Shown in pieces: positions 47,601-59,062 of a stretch of DNA of 64,000 nt. Source of the stretch: Cyanophora paradoxa CCMP329 (Eukaryota; Plantae; Glaucophyta); NCBI GenBank assembly GCA_004431415.1, contig QPMI01000519.1:1-64000 (forward strand), written 5' to 3'. The translations under genes were made by a program, and so were the position numbers. The notes beneath the pieces are model-generated. The model saw only the letters and a list, made by a program, of their open reading frames with translations, did no database searches and was not told the DNA's origin. Every line of letters begins with the position of its first letter. The first letter of the stretch is position 1.

Positions 47601-50597
47601 CTTCAAAGGATCTAAAAGAGATTAATATGCAGTTGCGCTTCAATTCGACTAATTATAAGCCTCGCGCAGGCGGCGTGGACGACGGCCGTGGGGGCGGACG
47701 ACCCCGCCTGCCTCGAGGGTGCCCCCGCCCCCTGCAGAGCTCCTCGCCTTCAGTTGTCGAGGATCCTCTGCGGCCGCCCGCTGACGGCGCCGGCGGGCAG
47801 GCGTGCTGGCGACGCTGCCGATCACCTACATCGCCCTCCAGCAGTTCCACGTGAGCAGCTCTCACCCAGCCTCAAGCTTGAATCGTGCGGCTCTCATCCG
47901 GGCCCCCTCCTCCCCCCGCAGATGGCGGAGGAGACGCTCTCGGCGCGGGCGGCGCTGGCGGCGCGCTCGGGCTCGGCCCGCGACGCCGTCCTCGCCGCCG
48001 CCGCCCAGCTCCTCCTCGTGCGACCCGGCCGCTCCTAGACGCGTAGATGCTCTCCGGAGCTTGCCTGATTCGGAGGCTCTCTTTCTGAATTCCGGCAGCT
48101 GCTGCGGGGCCCGGCGGAGAGCGCGGCGCGCGTCTCCATCCTCGCCTCCACCGCCCAGGCCCGCCCCCCCGCCCCACTCTCCCGGACCGAGTGCGATCTT
48201 ACTCGATGTCCGCGGCGCGCAGGCGGGGCTGGAGTGGGTGCTGGCGGCGCGCGCCCCCGCCGACGACTCGACCCTCCTCCTCGCCCACGTGCGCCGCCCC
48301 CCCGGCCCGGGCCTTCCTTTCCTTCCTTCGGATGGGAGGCGAGACTGGGGCGCAGGCGGCGCACGGGGCGCTGCTGCTGCGGGCGGACCGCGCGGCGAAC
48401 GTCGCCGACACCCTCGAGTCCCTCCAGGCGCGCCAGGCCGGGCCCCCTCGCCCTCGCCCCCGCTCGGGCTCTGTTGATGCGCCCGCGCCGCTGCGCAGCG
48501 CTCCGAGCCGGCGGCCCTGCCGCGGGCCCCCGCCCCCCTCCGCGCCGTCTTCCTCGCCGTCTACGCCCAGGCGCGCCCCGCGCCGATGCTTCTGAAGCGC
48601 TTCCGATGCCCACTCACCTGTCTGCCCGGGCAGGCGCTGCTGCGGACGGGGGGCCCCCTCGCCCGCTGCCGCCTCCGCGGCGTCGTGCGCTCCTCCCCCC
48701 GCACCCGTCGCCCCCTCCTCACTCACGCCCCGGCGCAGGCCGTGGCGCAGCTCGCGATCGAGGCCGTCGACGCCGCCTGCTCCGAGGTGCGCGCCCTTCT
48801 CCCCCGGAGCTTGCTTTCGATGCCGCGATCTAGATCTAGCCTGCCCTACAGCTTCACGTCCCCCTCCAACCTGTCTCCGCCGGGCAGGGGTTCCTGGAGG
48901 GGGCCTTCTTCGCGGCGGACGGGCTCCTCCTCGCGGCCGAGGCCCTCTTCGTCTGCTGGCTCGCCTCCCTCCCCCCGCGCCGCCTCCGCGCCCTGCCCCC
49001 CGCCCTTCTCCTCGCCCCCTTCCCCGCCTTCTCCTCCCCACCGGCGGGGGCCGAGACGGGCCGGACGGGCCGGACGGGGCGGACGGGCCGGACGGGGGCG
49101 ACGGGGCGGACGGGGGGAGGCGGCGTGGCGGCGGGCCTCGCGGACGGTGCGGCGACATCGCGGACGCGGTACCACCGCCACTGGTCCTCCCCCGCCGCCT
49201 CCCTCTCCGTGCGCCCTTCCCAAGCCCTCTCCGAGCATGAAGAGATGGCTAACTCTGCGCCTGGCGCGCGGGGCGGGGCGGGGCAGGGCACGGTCACGTC
49301 GGGCGCCCTCGCCGCCGCCCTCCGCCGCGTCTCCGCCATCCTGGACACCCTGGGCCGCTTCCCCGTGCGCTCGTTCGCGTCGAATTACTTTTGTCGGGTT
49401 CCTGATGCGTTCTTACGTGTGTTTTCTCTGGGCAGGTGGTGGCGCCCCTGGCAGCCCTCGCCCGCGCCCTCTGCGCCTCCGCCTCGGCGCCCCTCGACGG
49501 GCCACGCCGCCCGCCCCGCCCCGCCCCGCTGGCGCGCGCCGCCTCTACCCCCGCGCCCGTGGAGGAGGAGGAGGCGGGGCCCGCGGGGCCCGCGGGGCCG
49601 GGAAGGACGCGCGGCGTGCGGATCGCCGTGCCGCCGCTGCGGGTGGCCGCGGCGGGGCGCGCCGCGGCGCGGGCGGAGGCGTACCGTGCGGAGGCGGACG
49701 CGAGGGCCGAGGAGGACGGGGAGACGGAGCGGGCGGGGCGGGGCGGCTGCCGCGCCCTCTGCGGCGGCCTCGGGGCCTCGGGCGCGGGCGGCGCCGTGGG
49801 AGAAGGGCCAGCGGCGGGCGCTGGCGCGGGCGGGCGGGAGGTGCAGCGGGCGGCGGCGCTGGCGCGGGGGCCTCGGAGGACGCGCGCAAGCCCGGGGACC
49901 TCGGGCTGGCGGCGCTGCTGGCCGCGGCCCACGCGCCGGCGGCGGAGGCGGCGGGGCGGCTGGCGGCGCTGGCCGAGGCGGAGGCGGCCTTCCGCTCCCA
50001 CTGCGACGCCTACCGCCTCCGCGCCGTCGTGCGCAGGCCCCCTCCCCTAACAAGCTCAGATCCTCTCCTTCGAATTCCGTCCGTCTTTCTGACCCCGCGG
50101 GCGCCCGGCAGAAGCTGATGCGGGCAGCGGTGCTCTCGGAGAGCGAGGCGAGCGGGAGGGAAACCGAGCCGGCCCCGGGCGCGGCGCCGCCTGCATCGGC
50201 CGCGCCCGCGGCGCCCGTCGCGGGCTCGAAGCGTGCCGGCGCAACGGCTGCGGCGGCGACAGCAGCAGCGGTCCCCGGGAGGCCGGCCATCGCCTTCCAG
50301 GTCTCGGTGCCCGTTGAGGACGCCCTCGACTCCCCGGGGCCCCGCGCCCCGGAGTTGCTTTTGGCGGGCGGGCCCGGGAGCAAGCCGAGCCCGGAGGCGT
50401 CGGCGGCAGCCTCGCCGGCGCTCTCGGGGCGACCCGAGCCGGAGGCGGGGGCGGGGGTCGAGGCGGATCCGGATCGCGACTTCGGCCACATTCGGCGGTG
50501 GGTGATGGGCGGCGGCGGCGAAGCAGGGCCAGCAGCATCCCCCTCGGGCGGCGAGACTTCCACCCCGGCCAGTGCTCGCGACTCTTTCGCCATCTGA
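38626..50597 (+). CDS. Soluble adenylate cyclase (ADCY10-like): two class III cyclase domains, P-loop/STAND NTPase and helical TPR-like region; many introns
   Basis: C1: ALLDISG/FSAL, FGGEIVSFMGDGLLVYW, LKIAIACGE. C2: SEFRSVTVLFVKL, LRQILLDDK/GLVLIGVFGL, HEDDPVR, VFGTVVNTA/ARLM. P-loop LEAPSGM/GKS, Walker B LLLLLDDMHN/AD, and FAHAMMHE/VVYGLL. Confidence 0.9.
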
Positions 50598-50722
50598 AGC
50601 CGTCTTTATTTGCTATTTTAATTTCTTTGCATCCCCCTCGGGCGGCGAGACTTCCACCCCGGCCAGTGCTCGCGACTCTTTCGCCATCTGAAGCCGTCTT
50701 TATTTGCTATTTTAATTTCTTT
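50535..50722. repeat. 94-bp tandem duplication spanning the cyclase stop codon
   Basis: gcatccccctcgggcggcgagacttcc...tttgctattttaatttcttt occurs at 50535-50628 and again at 50629-50722. Confidence 0.95.
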
Positions 50723-50949
50723 GGCGGTTTCTCGTATTCTTCAGGCTTGGATCTATTATCAAGGTTATTTAGGCGCAGTATTTCCGGAAAGGGATTTCAG
50801 TATTTGCTTGCTGATATCGATGCCCTATACCTAGTTGTCGGATTGCTAGCGCTGCTAGTTTGCTTCATTTTATTTTCAAACTAGCAGAAGATATTTAGGA
50901 AGCGTCCCAATCAATAGTCCTCCAGCTTCATAAGTTATGTTAACAACAG

Positions 50950-53584
50950 TCGGAGAAGAGACCAACTGCCCATGGCCATGGCCAGCTGCAGGCTGAAGTC
51001 TCCGAGTTCCGATGGCTCCGACTCAGCGGGAACCTGCATCAGTGCCAAAGCTTCTAGCGAATTCTAGTGAAGCGCAGCGAGTTAAAATCATAGGGCGGGA
51101 CCAAGAACGCATATGCATGCGCAGGATCGGAAATGCATTTGTTAGGCATTTCGATCTTTGATCATGCAAACACAATGCATATATGATGCTTTTGTTTTGC
51201 GCGAATGCCTATTTCTACGTACGTAAGAGGCAATTGCGATGTTAGGAGCAACATCTGCGAATTCCGCGGGTGGCCAATTGCAAATTCATTTGAAGCTCCC
51301 TGCAGGTTACGCATACGCTGCAGGCTGGCGCCCCGCGAACATGGCCTCGATGGCGCCCTTGTGCCAGCCGCGCCCGTCGCCGGTGGGGTCAACGTGAATG
51401 CTCACTTTGACGTTCGGGCGGAGGCCGCGGAGGATCTGGCGGAAGGGGTTTCGCAAGCCGGCCGCAGGCGGATCGGGCACGTGTGTATCAGTATCAGCAC
51501 CTCGAAGGGCCGGAGGGATGCGAGGGCTCCGGTACGAGAGCGAATTTGGAGGCACTCGAGGGCCGGAATCGCAACGATCGCCTGCGCTTCTGCCTCCTCC
51601 AGCTCGCGGTTGAACTTCAAGGTGAGGTACCGGTGCAGATTCTTGAGACCCTTCTCATGCCGTAGGCGGTTGCTCTCAAGGAAAGAAACGATGTCCGATG
51701 AGTTTTGCGTGATGCCTAATTGCTCGTGATTAGTTCCAGCTATTCTGAGTTAGCATGATTTTAGCTACAGCTACCCATTAAAAATATTACTATTACTCTG
51801 ATGATAATATGGACTTCACTTTGGTGCGGCATTCCAGATCCGCACCGTTCAGGTCCAATGAGAGCAGAGTCAGACGGGGCATGCTTGCAATTGAGAGGGT
51901 GTCGGCCAGGGCGTGCAGAAGAGAAGAAATGTGCTCGGGGCTTGCGTTGTCGAAACGCAGGTAGAACTGGGCCTCGCGTAAGGTTGCGATGCGGCCGAGT
52001 GCAGAAATCGCTCGAGGGGTCACGCGGTCGCAATGAATCTGCGGGTGCATCGCGTTGACAATGGACCAGTGCGTGAGGTAGCATGCGCAACGCTAAATAT
52101 TAATATTCAATGTGGGAATTGCAAGCGCGAGCCTAGCCCCTGGCCTGAGTACCTTTGGCTGTAAAAAATGAAGACTTGGCATGCGGCTGAGGGCGACGAG
52201 GGCGTTGTCGGAAAACTCCGCGCCGGCGAACGGGAAGATGATGCTTGAAGGTTTTTGAGCTGGGAACATGCCTTCCCTGCGCCCAGAAGATGATTTAATT
52301 ATACATGAAGGTCAGCTGGAATATTCAAGCTTTCCGGAATTTCAAGGGCGCACTTGTACAGCTCGCAATCCTCAACGAACTTGATGCTGCTCAGACTCTG
52401 GCCGCTGGGGCCGTCGGCGAGTGCGACCAGACCATCGCGATCGCAATCGCCGTCAAGTTGTTCTTCGCTGGTTGCAACGACCAGCTCTTTGAGGTGCGTC
52501 AAACGGGCGAGGGCCGCGAGCCCTCCCATGGCTGACATGTCGTCAAGCGGCAGAGTCATCGCGCGGAGTAGCGGGCAGGCGGTGGTGATGGCCACTGCTT
52601 GGGCTCTATCGATGCCCCTGTGGATGAAATCGCAGCCGAGAGTGAGTGACCGCAGCTTGCCGTAGGGACCAAGGGCGGCCTCTAGCTCGCTCGCAGCTGG
52701 CCACGACATCCATCTTTCTGGCGAGTCCCCGTCGGGCTGGTAACTGAGACCGATGCTGAGGTTTTCGAGGCCGCTGATAGCTTCATTCCGAGGCCGCAGC
52801 GCCTGCAGCACTCGAAGTACGTAGTCTGACAAGAAGCTCGCGTCGGCTTCGCCATCGACATCATCATCGGAATTGTAGAGGTTCACATTGCCACACATGA
52901 GCTCAACAACAACCTCCCGCGGCTGCGCCTGCCCCGTGTGGTTGCCAGTAATGACTGCGAGAAGATCGCAAGCCGCCTGGACTGTGCGGCGGTGGCTTTG
53001 CTTTGCTGCTGCTGCGATGTCGGCACTTTTTGTCTCAACATTGGTATAGGAGTTGTCGAGCTGAGGTCGGATTACAACGCTGGAGCCGGCGCTCAGTCGC
53101 AGCTTTCTCTCCTCGAAGAGCTTCGCGGCTGCTCCGAAAACGCTAAGCTGACGTGCTCCCGGATCTTCGAGCTCATCATATTCGTATTCGGTGGCGTCCC
53201 CACGCAGCTCGAATCGCGGCCACTCGGTCTCCAGCTGGATTACCCGTCTCCACCGTCTGATCATGAAGATGGTGTCATGTTTATAATTATAATAACATTC
53301 AAGAGCGAGGGACGATATCGACATCGCCAAGAACGAATGCCGTATTCGTACCTGCACGCTCCGCGAAGGGGCCAGCTCTCCCTGGCCCCAAGCGCCTTGA
53401 ACATTGCGCTCATGACGTCGTCGGGGAGCGCATCGAATACATTTTCGGGATCCAGATCTAAATCTTGCACGCGAACCCGCTTCTTCGCACGCTCTCCCGA
53501 GCTCGAGTCGACTTTTCCCGAGCTCGACGTCGACATCGCTTGTTGCTGCAGATCTGCTACCGCGAGCAGGCAAGCGGGACTCAA
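50950..53584 (-). CDS. F-box/leucine-rich-repeat protein (copy 3, divergent)
   Basis: VFDALPDDVMSAMFKALGARESWPLRGACR/RWRRVI F-box, then LRRs (LENLSI, LRSLTL, CPLLRAMTL, LTHLKELVV). The 3' end is approximate. Confidence 0.7.
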
Positions 53585-54446
53585 ATTAGACGGCGATCGC
53601 GGGAATCTCGATCGCGATCAGCGCGCGCTAGCGCTGGAAGTGATCTGCAGCTGGTCCAAAATAGTCTAGAGCGGTTAGCGAATTTAAGTCGCACGTCGTC
53701 ATGATCAGCTTCGAATTCGATAGACGGCGAGACTTAAACTTCGTCGAAAATTTTGCGCCGCACCTTCGTCAACGTTCCGCTGAAGCACGCTCGCTCGCGA
53801 GGCGGTTTATATATGCACCGCTCCTCCGACTCCGCCGCCGGGCCGCGATCTGCGCTCTGATCATGAGAGTCAGAGCTCGCGATCGATCGCGAGCTGGGGC
53901 TGGAGCGCGCGCGCCTTCGATATCGATTACAAGAACGCCGGCGCCCGCCTGAACGTAGCTAGCTATAGCGCGCTCGTGCTCACTATCGCTGCGCGATCCG
54001 CGCTCTCGTTCGCTGCAGCGGAAAAATTGTTATTTAGAGCGATATCGATCGACCTTGGAGAGGAATTAAGGGCGGGAAGAATTTAATTACATGGCGAATT
54101 CGAAGGCCGGCCATGTTAGATCTAGAGGGGAAATTCTAGCTATGGCGAAAAGGGGAACGGAGCGCGCGGGGGGCCACATGAGCAACGGCATGAATACTTC
54201 GAAAACGCTCTCCCCTCCATCATCCATCGCCACCCCCGTCCCCATGCCCCCCCCCTCCTGCCTGGCCTGACCTATCCGAGCTTTTTTCCCCCCTCCTCCT
54301 TCCTTCCCCCCCCGGGCCCCTCCCCCCCTCCTCACCTCCCCTCCCCCCCCCCACCCTGGCCCTTTCCAAAGCCGACTTCGATAGTTTGATTATTCAATTT
54401 AAATCGAATAGGAACACGCCAGAATTCTCCTGTACAAAGGGCGTGT

Positions 54447-57400
54447 TCACTGTTCGGGAGTCGAGGATCCGGTGGAGAGGCGGTCGCGGGCGCGCTGGAG
54501 GCGGCCGCGGGCCTTGTGCGCGAGGGCGGCCCCCTCCGGCCCCGCCGCCTGCGCCTCCGCCAGCGCCGCCGCCGCGTCCCGCGCCGCGTCCTCCAGCCGT
54601 GCCCGCCCTGCCCCGCGCGCCCCCGCGTGCACGTGAGGCCGGGGACGATCGCGAGGGCGGCGGGAGCTCAGAGGCGGGGCACCCCCGAGGGCGAGGTTGC
54701 ACTCGGCGCGGTTGCCGAGCGCCGCAGCGCGCGTGAGGCGATCCTCCTCGGGGCAGAAGCCCAGCAGCGCCCCGTACACCAGCGCCGCGAGCTGCCCGCA
54801 CCCGGGGCGAATTTGTGAAGAAGGGCAGACAAAAGGAGCGCCCGCGATAGATTGTGATGGAATATTGGCGAGAAACGCATGCACAGACGAACCGCGTAAT
54901 GTTTCGTAGCGAACTTCTGGTTGCCAGTGACCTGCGAGCCGAATGACAGGGTTTCGAATTCGAATGAAAGCTTGAGCTCGAGAAGTGGAGGGCGGGAGAA
55001 ATCGCTGCCGGGCCTTCAGTCTCTCGGCCTGACGTGAGGCGATCTCAACCATTCCGGCCTCCCGTGGAGGGCACTCGGAAGGGAAATGCGTTGCGAGGCG
55101 TGCGTGTGCCGTCAGGAGGGCTGCGCACTCTGTCAGCGCGTTATCGGATGTTGGCGTGTACGCAATTTGCAGAGCTCTAGATTGCATTCGAATTCGAGAT
55201 TCGAGGCGCGCGTGCCCCGGCCCGATAAAAGACATGGAGCTGATTTGTTTCCACGCACAGTGCATAATGTTGGCCGTAAACGACAGGGGGTTTCTCTCAT
55301 CGCCAACATGCTGAAAACGAGCCGATCGAGAAGCGTTATATGATTGGATACGCAAGGCGCTGCCCAATCACGTGGAAATACCTGCCAGCTGAGGCGGAAA
55401 TCAGCGTTGACATCAGGCTCGCCATAGATCGGGTGGCGCTCGCCGCGGCCGCCCACGCAGGCCGGATAGAGCTGCGCATGCGCATGCGCGCGCGTCGCAC
55501 ACGGTGAAGTGAAGCTTAGGGGCGAACGAGCTCGAGCCCGAGCAGCGCACCCGCTGGAGGAGCGGGGCATGGGGCAGGACGGCGCGCGCGTGCTCCGGGA
55601 AGACGCAGAGGTCCGCCAGGCAGGCGGCAAGCTCTCCGACTTGCTGCATTCACGATCAGGTCGATTCGAATTTTAGAAATCGATCTAGATCTAGACCTCG
55701 CGCAAAAACCCGCCAGGTAACGGGAGAGAGCGCACCATTACGCGGCTCAAGCACGTGGTCTTGAGCTTGGAATGCACATCGTTGCCATCCGCGCCTCTGC
55801 AGCGAGCTTCGGCGCTGGCATATGCGCTCCAGCCAGAGCGAGCGCAGGCGCGTATATATCGTCGACGCACGGTGTGAAAGCGCTCAAGTAACGCTCAGCA
55901 AACTTCTCCTTGAAGATGCTGCGGAGCTGATGAGGGCCCCCGATCGCGAGGGCCGGAGGACGGGGCCCGGGCGGGGAGAAATCAAAGAGGCGCACGAATC
56001 CAGAGAGTCGGCGAGGGTGGCGACGGGCTCGCCGGGGGCGGCGAGGAAGGCCTCCTGGGCGGCGCGGGCCGCCGCCAGCTCGGCGGGGAAGCCCTCGCGG
56101 CCCGCCAGCTGCAGGACGGACGGCCGCGAGCTCCAGGGGACGGGCGCGGGCCGGGCGGCGCTCGCGGCTGCCTCCGGATCCAGCTCCCCGATGACGACGG
56201 GGGCGGAGACGAGCAGATGGAGGCAGGAAGCCGCGAAGTAGGGGGCGCGGTCCTGCGGGTGGCTCTCCGGCACGGGCCGGGCGGCCGAGACGAGGTGCAG
56301 GAGGGCGGGGATGAGGCCGGGGTGCCGGGCCAGGCGCAGGCGGAGCTCGGAATAGGGCGTCGCCACGAGACACAGCTGCATGGATATATGTCGACGTCCA
56401 ATTAATCGTAAAATTAATATTGCGAGTTGCGATATTGGGCTCAATGGCAAACTCGGACGAGCAACGCAAAGGAAAGGCGCAGCGCGGCGCACATGGTACA
56501 GGAACTGGCTGGCGTACTCTTGAGCTACAGCGGCCAACCTGCGCATGCGCAGCGCCAGAACACTTGAATCCGGCTCCGGATCCGACTCGGCGATCCGGAG
56601 GCGGCATTCTTTGAATTTAAAATAGACAAATATCGATTGGATCATGATCACGAGTTGAACGTACTGCGAAGCCGACTCAAAAAATGGAAGGCGACCTGTT
56701 ATCGAAGATATCACGATCAGATCTCGAGATACATCATAATTAAGTGCCGATCCCATTAACGATGGTCAGCCGCTGCGAATTTGGATGAGCGATATCGATA
56801 GGACGAACCCTCTTCAATGTCCCGCTTGACTTGATCGGCCCCAATGTGCGCTTGCTTCATGACCGCATCCAAAATCCCCGACGAGAAGAGTCTCTCGGAG
56901 AAGGCGAGCGATCCGCCCTCCAAAATCAAGAGGGGGAATCGAATCGGGTCGAGCCGAAGCGGCTGTAAACGTAGTCGCCGGCGGTGCGAGACGGGGTAAG
57001 CAATATATTGAGCGCCGCCGCGAGGCGGCGCTTGCCGCAGTGCGCGCCAAATTAATTCTGAAATAGTGAATGAAACCTGAAATGCACGAGCCTTGGTAAT
57101 GATCACGCCGTTATCGAGGAGGCGCGCCAGGCTCTCCAAAAGTTTTGTGTTCTCGACGATCTGATCATATATTATCATGCATAGTTCTGTAAGCATGCAT
57201 ATGATATTTATGCCGTTCAGAAATTACGATGCGAGCGTGAGCTCTAGGCGAGAGCGGTACGAGCGCGAGCTCAAGGGGCCGGGGCACTTCGAATTAATAA
57301 TATTCACGCACGAAATCCTTCTGAATGAACGCCTCCAGGGCCTTCAACGCCCCCGCGGCGACCGCAGGCCGCTGGATTTCGCCAGCAAGCTGGCGGAGTG

Positions 57401-57832
57401 GTTAGAAAAACTTTACGTATACATCGTGACGCGCGGCCTCGCGATAGCGCACCTCTGTCAGTAGCGAAACACTCTCCGTAACTTCGGACCGCCCTTTCAA
57501 GCAGGGATCTTCAGCGATCGTGCGCGCCCATTTCTGAGTGCGAGGACGTGTGGTCGAGCTCGCGATCGCGATCGTGAAGATCTAAAAGAGAGAGCGCGCG
57601 GAGACACGGCAGCGCTGAATCTACGCATATTACGCACCAGTTTCGCGCCAAGGCCACAGGAAGAGAGTTTCCGGAGCTTCTTCGGTGCGAGTCTGACGCG
57701 CTCCTTGGGCGCGCATTTGCCGTAACAATGGGGACAGCGCGCTGCGTCGTGCTTGCAACCTCTTCGAGCTCCGTCGCTGCTGTCGCTTTCCCAGTTCATC
57801 TCGACGCGCTCGGTAGAGCCAGGCGAGGTCAT
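54447..57832 (-). CDS. Hypothetical alpha-helical protein with C-terminal TPR-like repeat, multi-exon
   Basis: C-terminal AAALGNRAECNL...LEDAARDAAAAL...AHKARGRLQRAR and Cys-rich N-terminus (CKHDAARCPHCYGKC). Exon structure not resolved. Confidence 0.45.
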
Positions 57833-59062
57833 TTCGCGAATGCCGCCACGAGAAGAAATTAAAAAGGGAGGATTGCAATTGAGGCGGAGGGAAGAGAAGC
57901 GAGGAGAGGGAGCTCGAGCTAGCTAGAGGAGGATTCGAAGGAGCTCGAGATCTAGAGGAGAGCTAGCTTGCAATTAATCAAGCGGCCGGGACCCCACCCC
58001 CGAGCCCGCCGCGCCGGCGACACGGCGGGCCGTACTTTAGCGTGTACAGATTGGCTTAGTTTTCAGCGCGCCTTCCCGGAGGCCATAGCTTGCTAGGAAT
58101 AGTCCCAGCTGCAGTCTTCTCGCCACCCGCTTGTCCTTGCTAGACTTTCCTCTCCCTCTCGCCCTTTGGTAGGCATTCCCTCCTCGTGTAGGACCTCCCT
58201 TGTACTGCAGCACTAGGCCTAGCCCCGGGGTAGCCTTTCCAGTTATTTCCACATCCGAGCTCCACCCGGTCCGATGTCCGAAAGGCTTAGTCCCGTAGGT
58301 TCATCTCTCGACTTGACACAGATGGACACCTTATTTCTATCTCTAGCCATTTGTCTCGGTGTGTGCGAATTCATTAAGCGGCCGGGACGTCGACCTGAAC
58401 CCAGCCCAATTAATATTCCTCGAGCTCAAGCATCCATCCCCCTTCCCCCCTCGCTCGAATTGTTCATTGTGAATTTCAATTTGATATATCGATGCAGTAC
58501 GGAGCGGCAGTAAGATGCCGCAGTGGCGGGGCGGGTGCATCGCGAAGGGCGCCCCCTCAAGGCTTCAGCTGGATCACCATCCCCCAAGTTAACGTTGCTC
58601 AGTGCTCATGAATAGAGCAGCCGACCCGCGGCCACGGGCAGCTGATCGGTGGGAAGCGAACTTCGGGAAAAAAATCTGCTCGGATAGGCCAAGTCAAGCG
58701 GTTCAACTTCGAATTCTGAAGTTCACATGTATACGTACAGCTCTGGACAGTTCTCGTCTGATGTATAAGAAAACATGGCAGCACAAAAAAAGCTAAGTGA
58801 AGCAGCCTAAAGAAATTATGAGAGAGAGCCTCACAAGACTCTTCGAAAAAAGCGAGCAATTATACCTTAGTACGATCGCAAATCAAGTGCCTAAGATCGA
58901 GCCGATCGCCACTTATAAAATGACGTCGCAATCGGCTCCGCACTGTACAGGCCGATCTCGAAAACTAAGCGCAAAGCTACGCGCGCGGCCTAACTGCTGA
59001 TCACTACGTATACGAGCATGCGTGGCCGAAGAAAAGACGATCAAGCGGGGAGCAGACACGAT

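Noticed and set aside
17194-50600. Hundreds of long overlapping Pro/Arg/Gly/Ala-rich ORFs on both strands
   Set aside because: Artefacts of very high GC (few stop codons) and read-through of short introns. Real exons were taken only where protein motifs were recognisable.
58043-58253. Possible solo LTR (TGT...ACA, lower GC)
   Set aside because: Flanks (tagcg / tccga) do not form a TSD and there is no second copy in the window.
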